Assembly: GCA_963705545.1 (NCBI GenBank)
Contig: CAVPJX010000004.1
Coordinates: forward strand, 207,418 to 271,417
DNA: 64,000 bases
Reading direction: 5' to 3'
Origin: an uncultured Actinomycetes bacterium
GTDB lineage: Bacteria > Actinomycetota > UBA4738 > HRBIN12
Below are positions 7,314-18,400 of this stretch, in pieces. The notes below the pieces were generated by a model. That model searched no databases. It was not told where the DNA came from and was given only the letters and a program-made list of their open reading frames with translations. The position numbers were made by a program, and so were the translations under genes. Numbering within the stretch: the stretch's first letter is position 1; the number at the start of each line of letters is the position of its first letter.

Positions 7314-10300
7314 TCACGTCACCGTGACCTGTACCGTGTCGGTGGCCGCATCCCCCCACCAGTCGGTGAGGGTCAGCACCACCGTGTAGGTACCCGCCGC
7401 CGCGAACGTATGCGCCTGCGTCACGGTCGTCGACGTGGTGTTCGTCGTCCCGTCGCCCCAGCTCCACACGCGGGTGAAGCCGTCGCCGTTCGGGTCGCCC
7501 GAGCCGGCGCTCGAGAAGGTGCACACCCGGGCGACGCACGACACCGGCTCGACGATCACCGGGACCGGGGGCAGGTTGCCGGCCGGCTCGACGATCGTGA
7601 CGACCCGCGGCGTCGCTGAGGCCGCGTCGCCCCACCCGTCGGTGACGGTGAGCGTGACGGTGTAGACGCCCGCCGCTAGGTACGACTTCGACGGGTTCGC
7701 CGTCGTGGCGGTCGTGCCGTCGCCGAAGTTCCACAGGTAGGTGATCGAGTCGCCGTTCGGGTCGACCGTGCCGACGCTGGAGAAGGTGCACGCCAGCGCC
7801 ACACACGTCACCGGGTTGAACACCGGGACCGGCGGCAGGTTGCCGGCCGGCTCGCCGACCACGACCACACGCGTCGCGATGGCCGCGTCACCCCACGCGT
7901 CGGTCACGGTGAGCGTCGCCGTGTAGGTGCCGTCGGCCGGGTACGTGAAGGACGGGGACACCGCCGTGCTGGTCGTCGTCCCGGACCCGAAGCCCACAGG
8001 TAGGTGAACGCGTCGCTGTTCGGCTCGTAGGAGCTGATCCCGTAGAAGGTGCACGTCCGGACCACGCACGTCACCGGGTTGATGACCGGGACCGGCGCCA
8101 CGTTGGTCGCCGGCTCGGCGATCGTGAAGCTCTGGGTCCCGGTGTTCGCGTTCCCCCACGCGTCGGTGAGGGTGAGCGTCACGGTGTAGGTGCCGTCGGC
8201 CAGGAACGTCTTCGACGGGCTGATGGACGTGTTCGTCGCCGGGCCGTCACTCCAGCTCCACAGGTAGGTGAAGGCATCGCCGTCAGGATCGGTCGAGCCG
8301 ATCGCTGAGAAGGCGCACGACCGCGCGGTACACACCGGCGTGCCGATCACCACGTTCGGCGGCTGGTTGCCGGCGGGCTCCCCGACCGTGACGTTCACCG
8401 TCGCGGGTGTCGAGACGGCCCCCCACACGTCCGTGAGCGTGAGCGTCACCGTGTAGGTGTTGTCGGCGGCGTACGTGTGCGACCCGCTGGCCGTGGTGGT
8501 GTTCGTTGTGCCGTCACCCCAGTTCCATGCGTAGGTGAACGCGTCGCCGTTCGGGTCGACCGACCCGACGCTCGGGATGGTGCACGTCCGCACCACGCAC
8601 GTGGGCGTGCCGATCGTCGCGTTCGGCGGCTGGTTGCCGGCCGGGATGCTGAACGTGACGTTCCTCGTCACCGGGAGGCTCGCATCGCCCCACGCGTCGG
8701 TGACGGTCAGCGTCACCGTGTAGGCCTGGTTGGCCGCGAACGTGTGCGTCGGGGTCGCGCCGGTGCCGGCTGTGGTCGCGTCGCCCCAGTCCCACGAGTA
8801 GGTGATCGCATCGCCGTTCGGGTCGGACGAGCCGGTTCCGAAGAAGTTGCACGTCCGCGCGATGCACACCGGGTTGCCGATCGCCGCGATCGGCCGCAGG
8901 TTCCCGGCCGGCTCCGCGATGACGACGGTCCGCGTCGTGCTCGCCACGTTGCCCCACCCGTCGGTGACGAAGAGGGTCACCGTGTAGGTGGCGTCGGACG
9001 CGTACGTCTTCGACGGGGACGTCGACGTGCTGGTCGTCCCGTCGCCGAAGTTCCACAGCCGCGTGAACGAGTCTCCGACGTCCGGGTCTTCCGTGTCCGC
9101 GCTGGAGAAGTTGCACGTCCGCGCGGTGCACGACGGCGGGCTGATCACGGGGACCGGCGGCTGGTTGCCGGCCGGCTCCGCGATCGTGACCAGCCGCGAA
9201 GTGACGCCCGAGAGGCCGTTCTCGTCACGCACGGTCAGCGTCACCGTGTAGGTGCCCGGGCTCGTGTAGGTCCGGGTCGGGAGCGGGCCAGAGCCCGAGC
9301 CGCTGCCGAAGTTCCACGAGTACGTCAGCGTCGCGGGCGATTCGTCGGTCGACGAGCGGCCGTCGAAGGTGCACACGTTCTGCACGCAGCTGTACGTGAA
9401 GTTGGCGACGGGCGGCAGGCTCGTCGGGGAGCCCGTCACCGTCACGTTGCGCTGGCTCGGCACGGTCGTCGTGAACCCGTGCTGGTCTTCGCCCCGGGCG
9501 AAGACCGTGTAGCTCCCCGGCGGGATCACTGGCGTGGTGTAGGAGAAGTTCGATCCGGGCGAGCCGGGGCTGTTCAGGAACGCCGTCCTCCAGCTCACGG
9601 ATGTGCTGGAGAAGCCGCCGGACGAGCTCATGTACTGGCCGAGGGCGTTCCTGATCGCCACGTGCGCCTCGGCGATCTGCTGATCGTCCTCCACCCGTCC
9701 GCTGACGAAGATCCGTCCGTCGGTGAAGGTGCCCCCTTCCGGCGGCTGCAGCAGGTTCTCCGTGACCGTCGGCGGCAGGTCGCCGGGGTAGATCGGGTAC
9801 CTGGACGTCGCTCCCGAGGTCGAGGGATCCTGCTGATCCGACGTGTCGTAGGCGTACGCCGTCACGTCGTAGTCGCCCTGGGTCGGCAGGTTGACCGACA
9901 AGGTCCACGTCGTGCTCGTCGCGTTGGGGCTCGCCAGCGTCGCGTTGAGGGAGGCGAACTGGCCGCCCAGGGTTCCGTTCGGCTGGAGGTAGCGCTGGCT
10001 GTCCCGCTCCTCGATCGTCAGCCGAACCGCCGAGACGCCGATGTCGTCCGTCGCGGCGCCGGCCAGGTCCAGGTGCAGGACCTGCACGCCGTTCACGGTC
10101 CCGGTGGGGCTGATCGTGCCGTTCGGGAACGCGTCCCCCGGGACCTGGACGTTGATCGTCAGCCGACCCTCGTCGTTGTTGGACGTGTTGAGCCCCAGGT
10201 CGTCGGTCGCGGACACCGAGAACGAATAGGTCCCCGGTCGCAGGTTGAACGGCGTCGTGTAGGACCAGTTGTAGGTGGTCCCGTTGATCCCGCTCTCCGG

Positions 10301-13300
10301 CGAGATGCGACAATCGCCTTGTTGCAGGCCCACGCCCCACGTGCAGTCCGACGCCAGGTTCTCCTGCGTGGCGCTGTTGCGCAGGTTGATCTCCACGAGG
10401 TCCAGGCCCTCGTCGTCGGTGGCTGTCCCCGAGAACGTCACGGGGCTCCCCGGCGCCATCGTGAGCGGGGCGATCGTCACGGGCGGGACCATCACCGCCG
10501 GCGTCGCGATCGTCACGGTCGGCGGGATCGCGGTGTCGCTGACGAGCCAGGTGCGATCCGCGCTGCGCAGGTCCGACTGGCCGGCCGTGTCGACCGCGAT
10601 CGCCTGCATCGTCCATTGGCCTTCGTAGGGAACGGTGAACTCGTACGACCAGGTCGCGCTCGTGGCTCCCACCACGTCGGGCAAGCCACGGAACGTGTTG
10701 TAGGCGGTTGAGGTGGAGCCGTCATCCTGGAGATAGCGGTTCTGGGCGTCGCGGAACGAGAACGTGATCGAGTTCACGCCGACGTCGTCCTGCGCCGTTC
10801 CGGTGACGGTGAAGGTCGTGGTGGGGATGACGCTCCCGCTCGGTCCGGAGACGGAGGTCGTCGGCGTCTCGTCGGCGAGCCCGAACGTCTCGAACCGCTT
10901 GAGCGCCTTGCTGGCGTCGCTGCTGCCGTTGATCGCGAACGTCTTGGCCCAGAGCTGGATCCGGTGGTTACCCGCGATCGTCAGCGGGAGCGACCAGGTG
11001 CTCGACGTCGCGCCGGGCGAGCCGAGGATCACGTTGATCGTGTTGCCGGTGTTCGCCGGGCCCCACGTCGTGCCGTCATCCATGAGGTATCGGCCGGTGT
11101 CTCGCTCCCGAACCTCGATCTGGACCCGCTGGACGCCGCTGGTCGCGGTGGCCGTGCCGTTGACCACGAACGGGACGTCGGACTCTTCCACGCGACCTTC
11201 GATCGGGTTGATGATCGTCGTCTCGTTCGGACCGACCGCGGGGATGCTGTTGAAGTCGTAGAAGGCGAGTCGCCAGACGTTCCGGTCGCCCTGGGTCGTT
11301 GCGTCACCACCCGTGATCAGGCCGCGCGGCATGACCAGCATCGCCTTGTTGCCCTCGAAGGAGTTGGATCCGGGGTTGAAGTTGTCGAGGGCCTTCCCGT
11401 CGACCGGGCTGACCGCGCCGATGTGTTCACGGGTGACGACGTCATCGCCGAGGCCGTAGCCGGCCAGGCCCTGGCCGCGGCCGTAGCCGACGTTGTCCAA
11501 CCCCGGCCAGGGGTCGGGCGCCGTGGGCGACTCCATGTAGTTCATGTGGCCGCCCAGGTACACGGCGACCTCGCTGATCGCGATCGAGTACACGCTGTCG
11601 AAGTTGCGTGAGATCCAGAGCGGTTGAACGTTGTCGCCGCCGGCGATCGGGTAGGCGACCGCCGTGTCGCTGATCGGTGGGCGGTCGCCGCCGGAGCCGC
11701 TGCTGACCACGAAGTACTGGTCGTTCGGCGCGATCGCGCCGGCGTAGATCCGGGTGACGCCGCCGACGAACTGCAGGTTGTCGTCCCACAGGTGGGAGCG
11801 CCATGGCAGCAGCTGGTTCGTCGTGAGATCGATCAGGCCCATGCCGTACCGATCCTGACCGGCGATCTGACGCCCGGTGTGTACGACGAGGAGCTTGGTG
11901 CCGTCGTGGGTGATATCCATGGCCTGCACGCTCAGATCGCCGTTCACGCCGACGCCGCCGGACAGGTCGTTGTTGAAGTTGGTCACGAGCGCGCCGGTGG
12001 TCGAGTTCACGGCGGCGAGGCTGACCTTGGTGACGTTGTTGATCGTGGTGAACTGACCGCCGATGTAGACCGTCGTGTTGGACGCCTCGACCGAGGTGGC
12101 CGCGGCGTTCGCGTTCGCGGTGAAGCCCGTGTTCAGGGCGCCGGTGGTCGGATTGAGCGAGGCCACCTTGCGCTTGGTGACCCCGTTCACCGTGTTGAAC
12201 CGCCCGACGATGAAGAGCTTCGTGCCGTCCGGGGAGGCCTCGACCTCGGTGACACCGCCTCCGCCGAAGGTGGGTCGGAAGTTCGCGTCGACGAGACCGG
12301 TGTCGATGTTGAACGCCGCGAGGAACGGCTGGGCGTAGTTCGTGGTGTTGGTTCCGGTGTTGTTGCGGATCGACGTGAACCCGCCCGCCACGAACACGCG
12401 GTTGCCGATGTACGCGAGGTCGGTGATCTCACCGGTGTTGATGATCGGGATGTTCGTCCGGGGCTGGTCGTAGGCGATCCGGGTGTGGCCCGGTACGGGC
12501 TGCTGCCCACCCGAGGGAGCCGAGGACGCCGTGATCGACGCCGACACCGGGCTCAACTGGCTGACGTTCGGCGGGCTCGCCGCATCCACCGCCTGGACGC
12601 GGTACGTGTGGCTCGTTCCTCCGGTCAGGGTCGGGTCGGTGTACGTGGTGTTCGTCGCCGTTCCGATCGGCGTGGTCGTGTTGCCGTCCCGATACACCCG
12701 GTAGGTGATCGGGAGGGAGGCCGGTGCCGGGTCCGTCGACGCCGCCCAGCTGATCTGGATCGTGCCAGGCGAGGGGCTGTTGCCGGAGGGCTGGCCCGGT
12801 GTCGTCGGAGGAGTGGTGTCCGGCGGACCGGACGACACCGTGATCGACGCCGACGCCGGGCTCAGCTGGCTGGCGTTCTGCGGGTTCGCCGCATCCACGG
12901 CCTGGACGCGGTACGTGTGACTCGTTCCTTGGGTCAGGTTCGGGTCGGTGTAGGTGGTGTTCGTCGTCGTCCCGATCGGCGTGGTCGTGTTGGCGTCCCG
13001 ATACACCCGGTAGGTGATCGGCAGGGAGGCCGGCGCTGGGTCCGTCGACGCCGGCCAGCTGATCTGGATCGAGCCGGGGGACGGGCTGTTACCGGAGGGC
13101 TGGCCCGGTGTGCTCGGGGGGGTGGTGTCGGCCGGCGCGCCCTCGTCGCCGGGCGCCTGGTCCAGGACCACGTGGTCGAAGTTGACCGTGAAGGTCTTGG
13201 CGGCGTTGTCGCCGATCTGCACCCTGGCGACCCCGGCGGTCCCGGTGCTGACCTGCCAGGCGTTCACGATCTGAACCCCATCCCGGTACAGGTCCCAGGT

Positions 13301-13789
13301 CGTGGTGGTTCCGACGGTGCCGCACAGCTCCACGTTGTGCCAACCCGTGCCCAGCGCGGTCGTCGTCGTTCGCGTGGTCCCCGCGAAGTCCGAACGCAAC
13401 CCCAGGGTCCCGTTGGTGTTCACGAAGGCCTTGATGAGGGCGCCGTTGCCCGTCGAACGCAGTCGGAACAGGTCGATGTTCGAACCCGACGCCAGGTTGA
13501 CGTTCGCGCTCATGCAGACCTGGGAGTACGTCGAGCTCAGGTCGCGGGTCGCGAAGGCCGACTGGGCCGTGACCTGGGCTCTCGCGCTCGGCGCGGCGGG
13601 GGAACCGATCGCGTTGTCGAGGGTGATGCGGGTCGCGGTCCAAGCGCTCAGGTTCGCGAAGTCATCCGAAACGATCACGGCCGCCTGGGCGACCGGCGCC
13701 ACCAGGATCTGAAGCGTCGCAGCGACCAGGGCGCTGAGCCCGATGATCGCGATCGTCCGCCGTGCCCTGCCTTGCCGCTGAGCCCTCAT
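7314..13789 (-). CDS. very large secreted multidomain surface protein; frame is broken once near 7993-7995
   Basis: ATG at 13789 is preceded by AGGAGA. Signal peptide MRAQRQGRARRTIAIIGLSALVAATLQILVAPVAQA. Domain order: signal peptide, ConA/LamG-like domain, 2 FN3, beta-propeller-like region, ~5 Ig-like modules, 8 PKD repeats. The two ORFs 7904..14230 and 7314..8159 join at ...SDAFTYLW / GFGSGTTTS if one missing C/G is restored. Length 6476 nt = 3n+2. Confidence 0.8.
7317..9415 (-). repeat. array of 8 tandem PKD-domain coding repeats (~80 aa each)
   Basis: Recurring C-x2-R-x-C-x-F...DP(N/D)GD..T(Y)xWxxGDGTT...TYTVTLTVTD.WG. Also visible as repeated shadow ORFs on the plus strand. Confidence 0.85.
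12521..13138 (-). repeat. two near-identical 309-bp tandem units encoding FN3-like modules
   Basis: PADTTPPSTPGQPSGNSPSPGSIQISWPASTDPAPASLPITYRVYRD... is repeated with few substitutions. Plus-strand shadow ORFs start 309 nt apart (12705 and 13014). Confidence 0.85.
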
Positions 13790-14184
13790 ATCTCGCTCTC
13801 CTGATCTCCGTCCTGGATGGATGTCTCCGGGCGGCCACACGGCAGCAGCGCCGTGGGCAGGATCGCTCGGGACGTGGTCGGCTTCACACGCGGGTGACCC
13901 GCGGGCCTTGCCTCCTCGTATGTCGTTCGGGGAAGCCCCCTGACCCGGGCGAGGAGTCGCTCCCAGGCTGGGGATTCCGTTAGGGCCATATTGTGGACGG
14001 CCGCTGGCTCCCGTGACCTCCCCCAAAAGGCTGAATCCCCGAGGCGGTCGGCGTAGGGCCCCCAGACACCGGATCGGGCGCCTGGAGGCCGGTCGTTCGA
14101 TGGCTGGCACGAACGGACCGATGGGCTGCGCTCGTTCGGACGAACCCGTTAAGCGTCCCCGTCCGTCGTCCCGATACAGGTGCC

Positions 14185-15321
14185 ATGGAACCCACGCTCG
14201 CGGAGGCGCCCGGGCCCGTGACCCGGGCATGGCTGGACCGCGTGATCCTGTCCCGCGGACGGTCGTCGTCGGTGGCGACCGTGGGCCTGATCGTGCTCGG
14301 GTTCGGCTGCTGCTACGGGCTCACGATGGCGCTCGGTGGGACCCGCGTGGTCTCGACGACCTGGTACATCCCGGTGATCCTCCTCGCGGCCGCTCGGTTC
14401 CGCTATCGAGGCGCCACCGTCGCGGCGGTCGTCGCCACCGTGCTCGCGGGGCCGCTCTCGAACACCGGCACGGGAGACCTCGAGCACGCGACCTTGTGGC
14501 TCGGCCGCGGGGTCGTGTTCGTGATCGTGGGGCTCGTGACCGCGGCGCTCATCGAGCAGGTGGTGTCCAGCCGAGAGCGGGAGCTGGAGCTCGCCGAGCT
14601 GGAGCGGGACCTCGCGGTTCGCCAGGCGGCCGTCGTCGCGACCGTCTCCCACGAGTTCCGGACGCCGCTGACGGTGATCACCGGCGTGGCGCGCACGCTG
14701 GACGCTCACGGGATGGTCACCGAGGAGGGCGCCCCGTTGCTGGAGGGGCTCGCCGACGCCGCGCGACGGCTGACCGATCTGGTCAACACGGTGGGCGCGG
14801 TGCTGGACGACGCCGGGAGCGAGGCGTTCGTGCGGCCCGAGACCCTGATCTTCCGCGACCTCCTCGCGCAGGTCGCGATGAGCCTGGGCGTTCGCGACGC
14901 CGAGCATCGCGTCTCCTCGCAGATCGCACCCGACGCGGAGATCTTCGTCTCCGACCGCGAGCTCCTGGGGCAGCTGCTCCGGCACCTGCTCGAGAACGCC
15001 GCGAAGTTCTCGCCGCGGGACGAGCCCGTCGAGGTGCGCGCCGATCGTGACGGCGATCGCCTGCGCATCCGGATCTCCGACCGAGGGCCAGGCATCGATG
15101 GGAACCTGATCGCCTCGCTCGACCCGTTCCGGCAGGGCGACCACTCGATGACCCGGACGCGGCAGGGCCTGGGGCTCGGGCTCTTCGCGGCCAACCGACT
15201 GGCCGCGGTGCTGGACGGCTCGATCAAGTTCCTGGATCGGCGTGGCGGCGGGACCGAGGTGGTCGTCGACATCTTCGCGCCCGTGCCGTCCGGCAGGGCA
15301 TCCGGCCGTCGGTTCGGCTGA
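14185..15321 (+). CDS. sensor histidine kinase with a multi-TM N-terminus, HisKA and HATPase_c; no adjacent response regulator
   Basis: 378 aa. H-box ATVSHEFRTPLTVI, N-box LLENAAKFSP, G-boxes DRGPGI and GLGLGLF. Confidence 0.85.
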   Translation: MEPTLAEAPGPVTRAWLDRVILSRGRSSSVATVGLIVLGFGCCYGLTMALGGTRVVSTTWYIPVILLAAARFRYRGATVAAVVATVLAGPLSNTGTGDLEHATLWLGRGVVFVIVGLVTAALIEQVVSSRERELELAELERDLAVRQAAVVATVSHEFRTPLTVITGVARTLDAHGMVTEEGAPLLEGLADAARRLTDLVNTVGAVLDDAGSEAFVRPETLIFRDLLAQVAMSLGVRDAEHRVSSQIAPDAEIFVSDRELLGQLLRHLLENAAKFSPRDEPVEVRADRDGDRLRIRISDRGPGIDGNLIASLDPFRQGDHSMTRTRQGLGLGLFAANRLAAVLDGSIKFLDRRGGGTEVVVDIFAPVPSGRASGRRFG

Positions 15322-15362
15322 TCGGGAACGGAGCGTCCTGAGGCTCGGCGCGGACCTCCGGC

Positions 15363-15368
15363 TACACT
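15363..15368 (+). promoter_or_regulatory. candidate -10 hexamer TACACT for tRNA-Arg
   Basis: TANNNT hexamer 10 nt upstream of the tRNA 5-prime end. Confidence 0.35.
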
Positions 15369-15378
15369 GGTCGTTCCG

Positions 15379-15451
15379 GCGCCGGTAGCTCAATGGATAG
15401 AGCATCTGACTACGGATCAGAAGGTTGGGGGTTCGACTCCCTCCCGGCGCG
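15379..15451 (+). tRNA. tRNA-Arg (anticodon ACG)
   Basis: Acceptor GCGCCGG/CCGGCGC, D-loop TAGCTCAATGGATAGAGC, anticodon loop CUACGGA, T-loop GGTTCGACTCC. Confidence 0.9.
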
Positions 15452-15493
15452 CAAAGCTCTGCGGAGATCCCGAGCTGATCGAGTCAGCGTCGG

Positions 15494-18400
15494 TTAGGAC
15501 GTGAGGGAGGTCACCCGCGCCAGGAGCTCGTCGGTCTCGGCGAGGGCTGGCTTCGCGCCGAGCGACGTGAAGATCTTGCCGGCCTGGCGGAGCGCGGCGG
15601 TCGCCTCGGCGAGCATCCCCAGCCCGACCAGGCATCGGCCCCGACCGAGCAGGGCGTACCCGTGTTCGACGGGCATCTCGAAGCCCTCCCACCCGGAGGC
15701 CGCCTGTGCGAAGAGCTCGGCGGCAGCGGGTTGGTCCCCTTCGTGCTCCGCGAGGAGCGCTCGTGCGCTCGCCAGCGCGAATCCGGTGAGCGGGTAGACC
15801 AACTCGAGACCGGAGGCGAGGCGCGCGGCGAGCCCGGGGTCTCCAACGGCGAGCGCCGTCCGAACCGAGCCGGGAAGGTTCGAGAAGTAGAAGCCGTCCG
15901 CCCGGACGTTGGCGGTTTGGTCCAGCTCGGCGAGGAGCGCGAGTGCCCGAGCCGGCTCGCCGCCTTCGGCGGCGGCCCGGGCGCTCGGAGGGAACGCGAA
16001 CGCGAACGCCTGCGCGTCTGCGAACTCGCGGGCGCTTTGTTCGAGCCAGTCGACTTCCCGTGAGACTCCCTTGAGCTCCCCACGGACCAGGTGCACCGAG
16101 AGCGTCAACGAACGGACCCAGAGCAGGCTGGCCAGATCTCCGGCAGCCTCGAGGCGGGGGGCCAGGGTCGAGGCCAGATCCAGGGCCTCGTCGAACCTGC
16201 CGAGATCCACGAGCGATTCGAGGCTTCCGGAGATCCCGGCGAGCGCGAACTCCTCGATCCCCCTGCGCTCCGAGAACGCGATCGTCTCGCGCCAGGTATC
16301 CAGCGCGGAGCGCGGCCCCTCGATCGGCCGGAGATTGTTGGCGAGGTTGTGGCGGATCACGGCGCCTTCGCGACCCAACCCCTGCGACTCCGCGAGCTCG
16401 ATGCCTCGCCGCATCTCCGCGAGGCCCTCGGCGTCCCCGAGGTTCGCATGCGCTGCGCCTCGGAAGCCCAGGGCCCGGGCGGGCTCGGGAAGCTCGAGAT
16501 CGGCCGCGAGCGAGATCGCGCGCTCGGCCGCATCGACCGCGCGCCGCAGCTCGCCTACGACCAAGCGCGCCCCGGCCTCCTCGGCGAGCACGGCGACGAG
16601 CTCCGGTCCCGGCGGGAGGGGCTCGAGGAGCGCGAGCGCTTCCATCGCGATCTCGCGGTTCCGAGGGTCGCCCATGCGACCCAGCGGAAGGCCCCGTCTC
16701 GCCATCGCGAGCGCGCCGGCGCGTACCTCGCCTCGCGCGAGGAACCCGGTGCTCGCCTCGGCGAAGCACGCTTCGGCCTCGGCGAAGCGGGCGCGCTCCA
16801 TGAGCGCCTCGGCGAGCCGAGCGATGATCTCCGGCCGCCCAGGATCGTCTTCGGGCATGAGCTCGAGGGCCCGTCGGTAGCTCGCCTCTGCCCCAACCGA
16901 ATCGAGGCCGAGCGCACGATCGCCGGCGAGCGCGAGGAACCGTCGGGCCGAGGCGGAAAGCTGCTCGAGGTCGTCGGTCCTCCCCGAGACCTTCGCGAGC
17001 TCGAGCGCCGTCAGGTAGTGGGCGGCCAGGATCTCGGCCAGGTCCTCGGCCCGCTCGCCGGCGGCCCGCTCGAGCCACGTCGCGGCCGCGCGGTGCCTGT
17101 CCGCCCGTGAGCCCCTGGGGATCTGGGCGTAGCACACGTCGCGTACCAGCGTGTGCCAGAACACGTACTCCGTCTCCCCCTCGATCGAGGAGGTCCGCTG
17201 GGGGCGAACGAGCTCCTTGCGGGAGAGCTCGTGAAGAGCCTCGGCGACCGCACCGGGATCACGGCCCCCCATCTCGACGATGGCGCCCGCCCAGAACACC
17301 TTCCCGATCACCGAGGCGTCGTACAGCATCGCCTTGCGGTCGGCCTCGACCGTGTCCAGACGCGCCGCGATGAGGCCCTGGACACCCGACGGTAAGGGGA
17401 TCTCAGCCTCCGGATCGAGCGCCCACGTGGACCCTTCCCTGCGTAAGGCTCCGGTGTCCTTCATCAGGCGTACGAACTCCTCGGCGTAGAGCGGGTTGCC
17501 TCCGGAACGCTCGGTGATGAGCGACTGCACCTCGGCCGGGAGCACCGCTTGCTCGAGGAGCTCGGACACGAGGCGCGCGGTCTCGATCTCGGAGAGCGGC
17601 GCGAGGTTGATCCGGTTCGAGTTCCGCGCCGCCTGGGCGAACCCCGGCGCCTTCTCGAACAGCTCGGGCCGGGCGGTTCCAACGAGCATCATCGGGATGC
17701 CCTCGGCGAACTCGATCACGTGCTCGATGAACTCCAGCATCGCCTGATCGGCCCAATGGAGATCCTCGACGACGAAGACGCACGGGCGTCGCTCGGCCAT
17801 GGACTCCAGGAACGTTCGCCAGGCGGCGAAGTTCTCCTCCCGGGCCGCGGTGGGTGCCTCGAGGCCGACGAGGGGGCGGAGGCGTTGTCGGAGCCAGGGC
17901 GCGTCCGCGTGCTCGGCGGGCACGATCCGGTCGATCTTCGAGGCGGCCGAATCCGGTGCATCGGACTCGAGGATCCCCGCCTCGGCCTTCACGATCTCCC
18001 CGAGCGCCCAGAACGTGATGCCATCGCCGTAGGGCAGGCACCGCCCCTGGCGCCACGTGATGAGATCGGGCCGGTCTTCGATGAAGGTGCCGAGCTCCGC
18101 CACCAGCCGGGACTTCCCGACGCCCGGCTCACCCACGATGGTCATCAGGTGGACGCTTTCGTCGCGGATCGAGCGCTCGAGCGTTCCGGTGAGGAGCGCC
18201 CGCTCGAGCTCGCGGCCGACGAGGGCGGTCGCGGGCTTGCGGGTGAGGTCCGTGCCGAACCGCGACCTCGCCTGCTTCGCGTGCCAGAGGGCGACCGGCT
18301 CGGCCTTGCCCTTCAAGGTCACGGGCTCCATCGCCTCGAACTCGAAGAGCTCCTTGGTGGCGGAGTACGTTCCCGTGCCGACCGCGACCCCGTCGACCGG

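Noticed and set aside
7317-9415. About 240-bp periodic DNA repeats as a possible CRISPR array or mobile repeat
   Set aside because: The period is far too long, there are no unique spacers, and the repeats translate in frame as PKD domains within one ORF.
13790-14184. c-di-GMP or c-di-AMP (ydaO-type) riboswitch upstream of the giant surface protein
   Set aside because: A few GAAUCC/GGGGA-like words occur, but I could not align the region to either consensus from memory. It is reported only as a structured spacer.
13790-14230. Start of the giant ORF at 14230
   Set aside because: The first 147 codons are low-complexity. ATG 13789 has an AGGAGA Shine-Dalgarno and is followed directly by a signal peptide.
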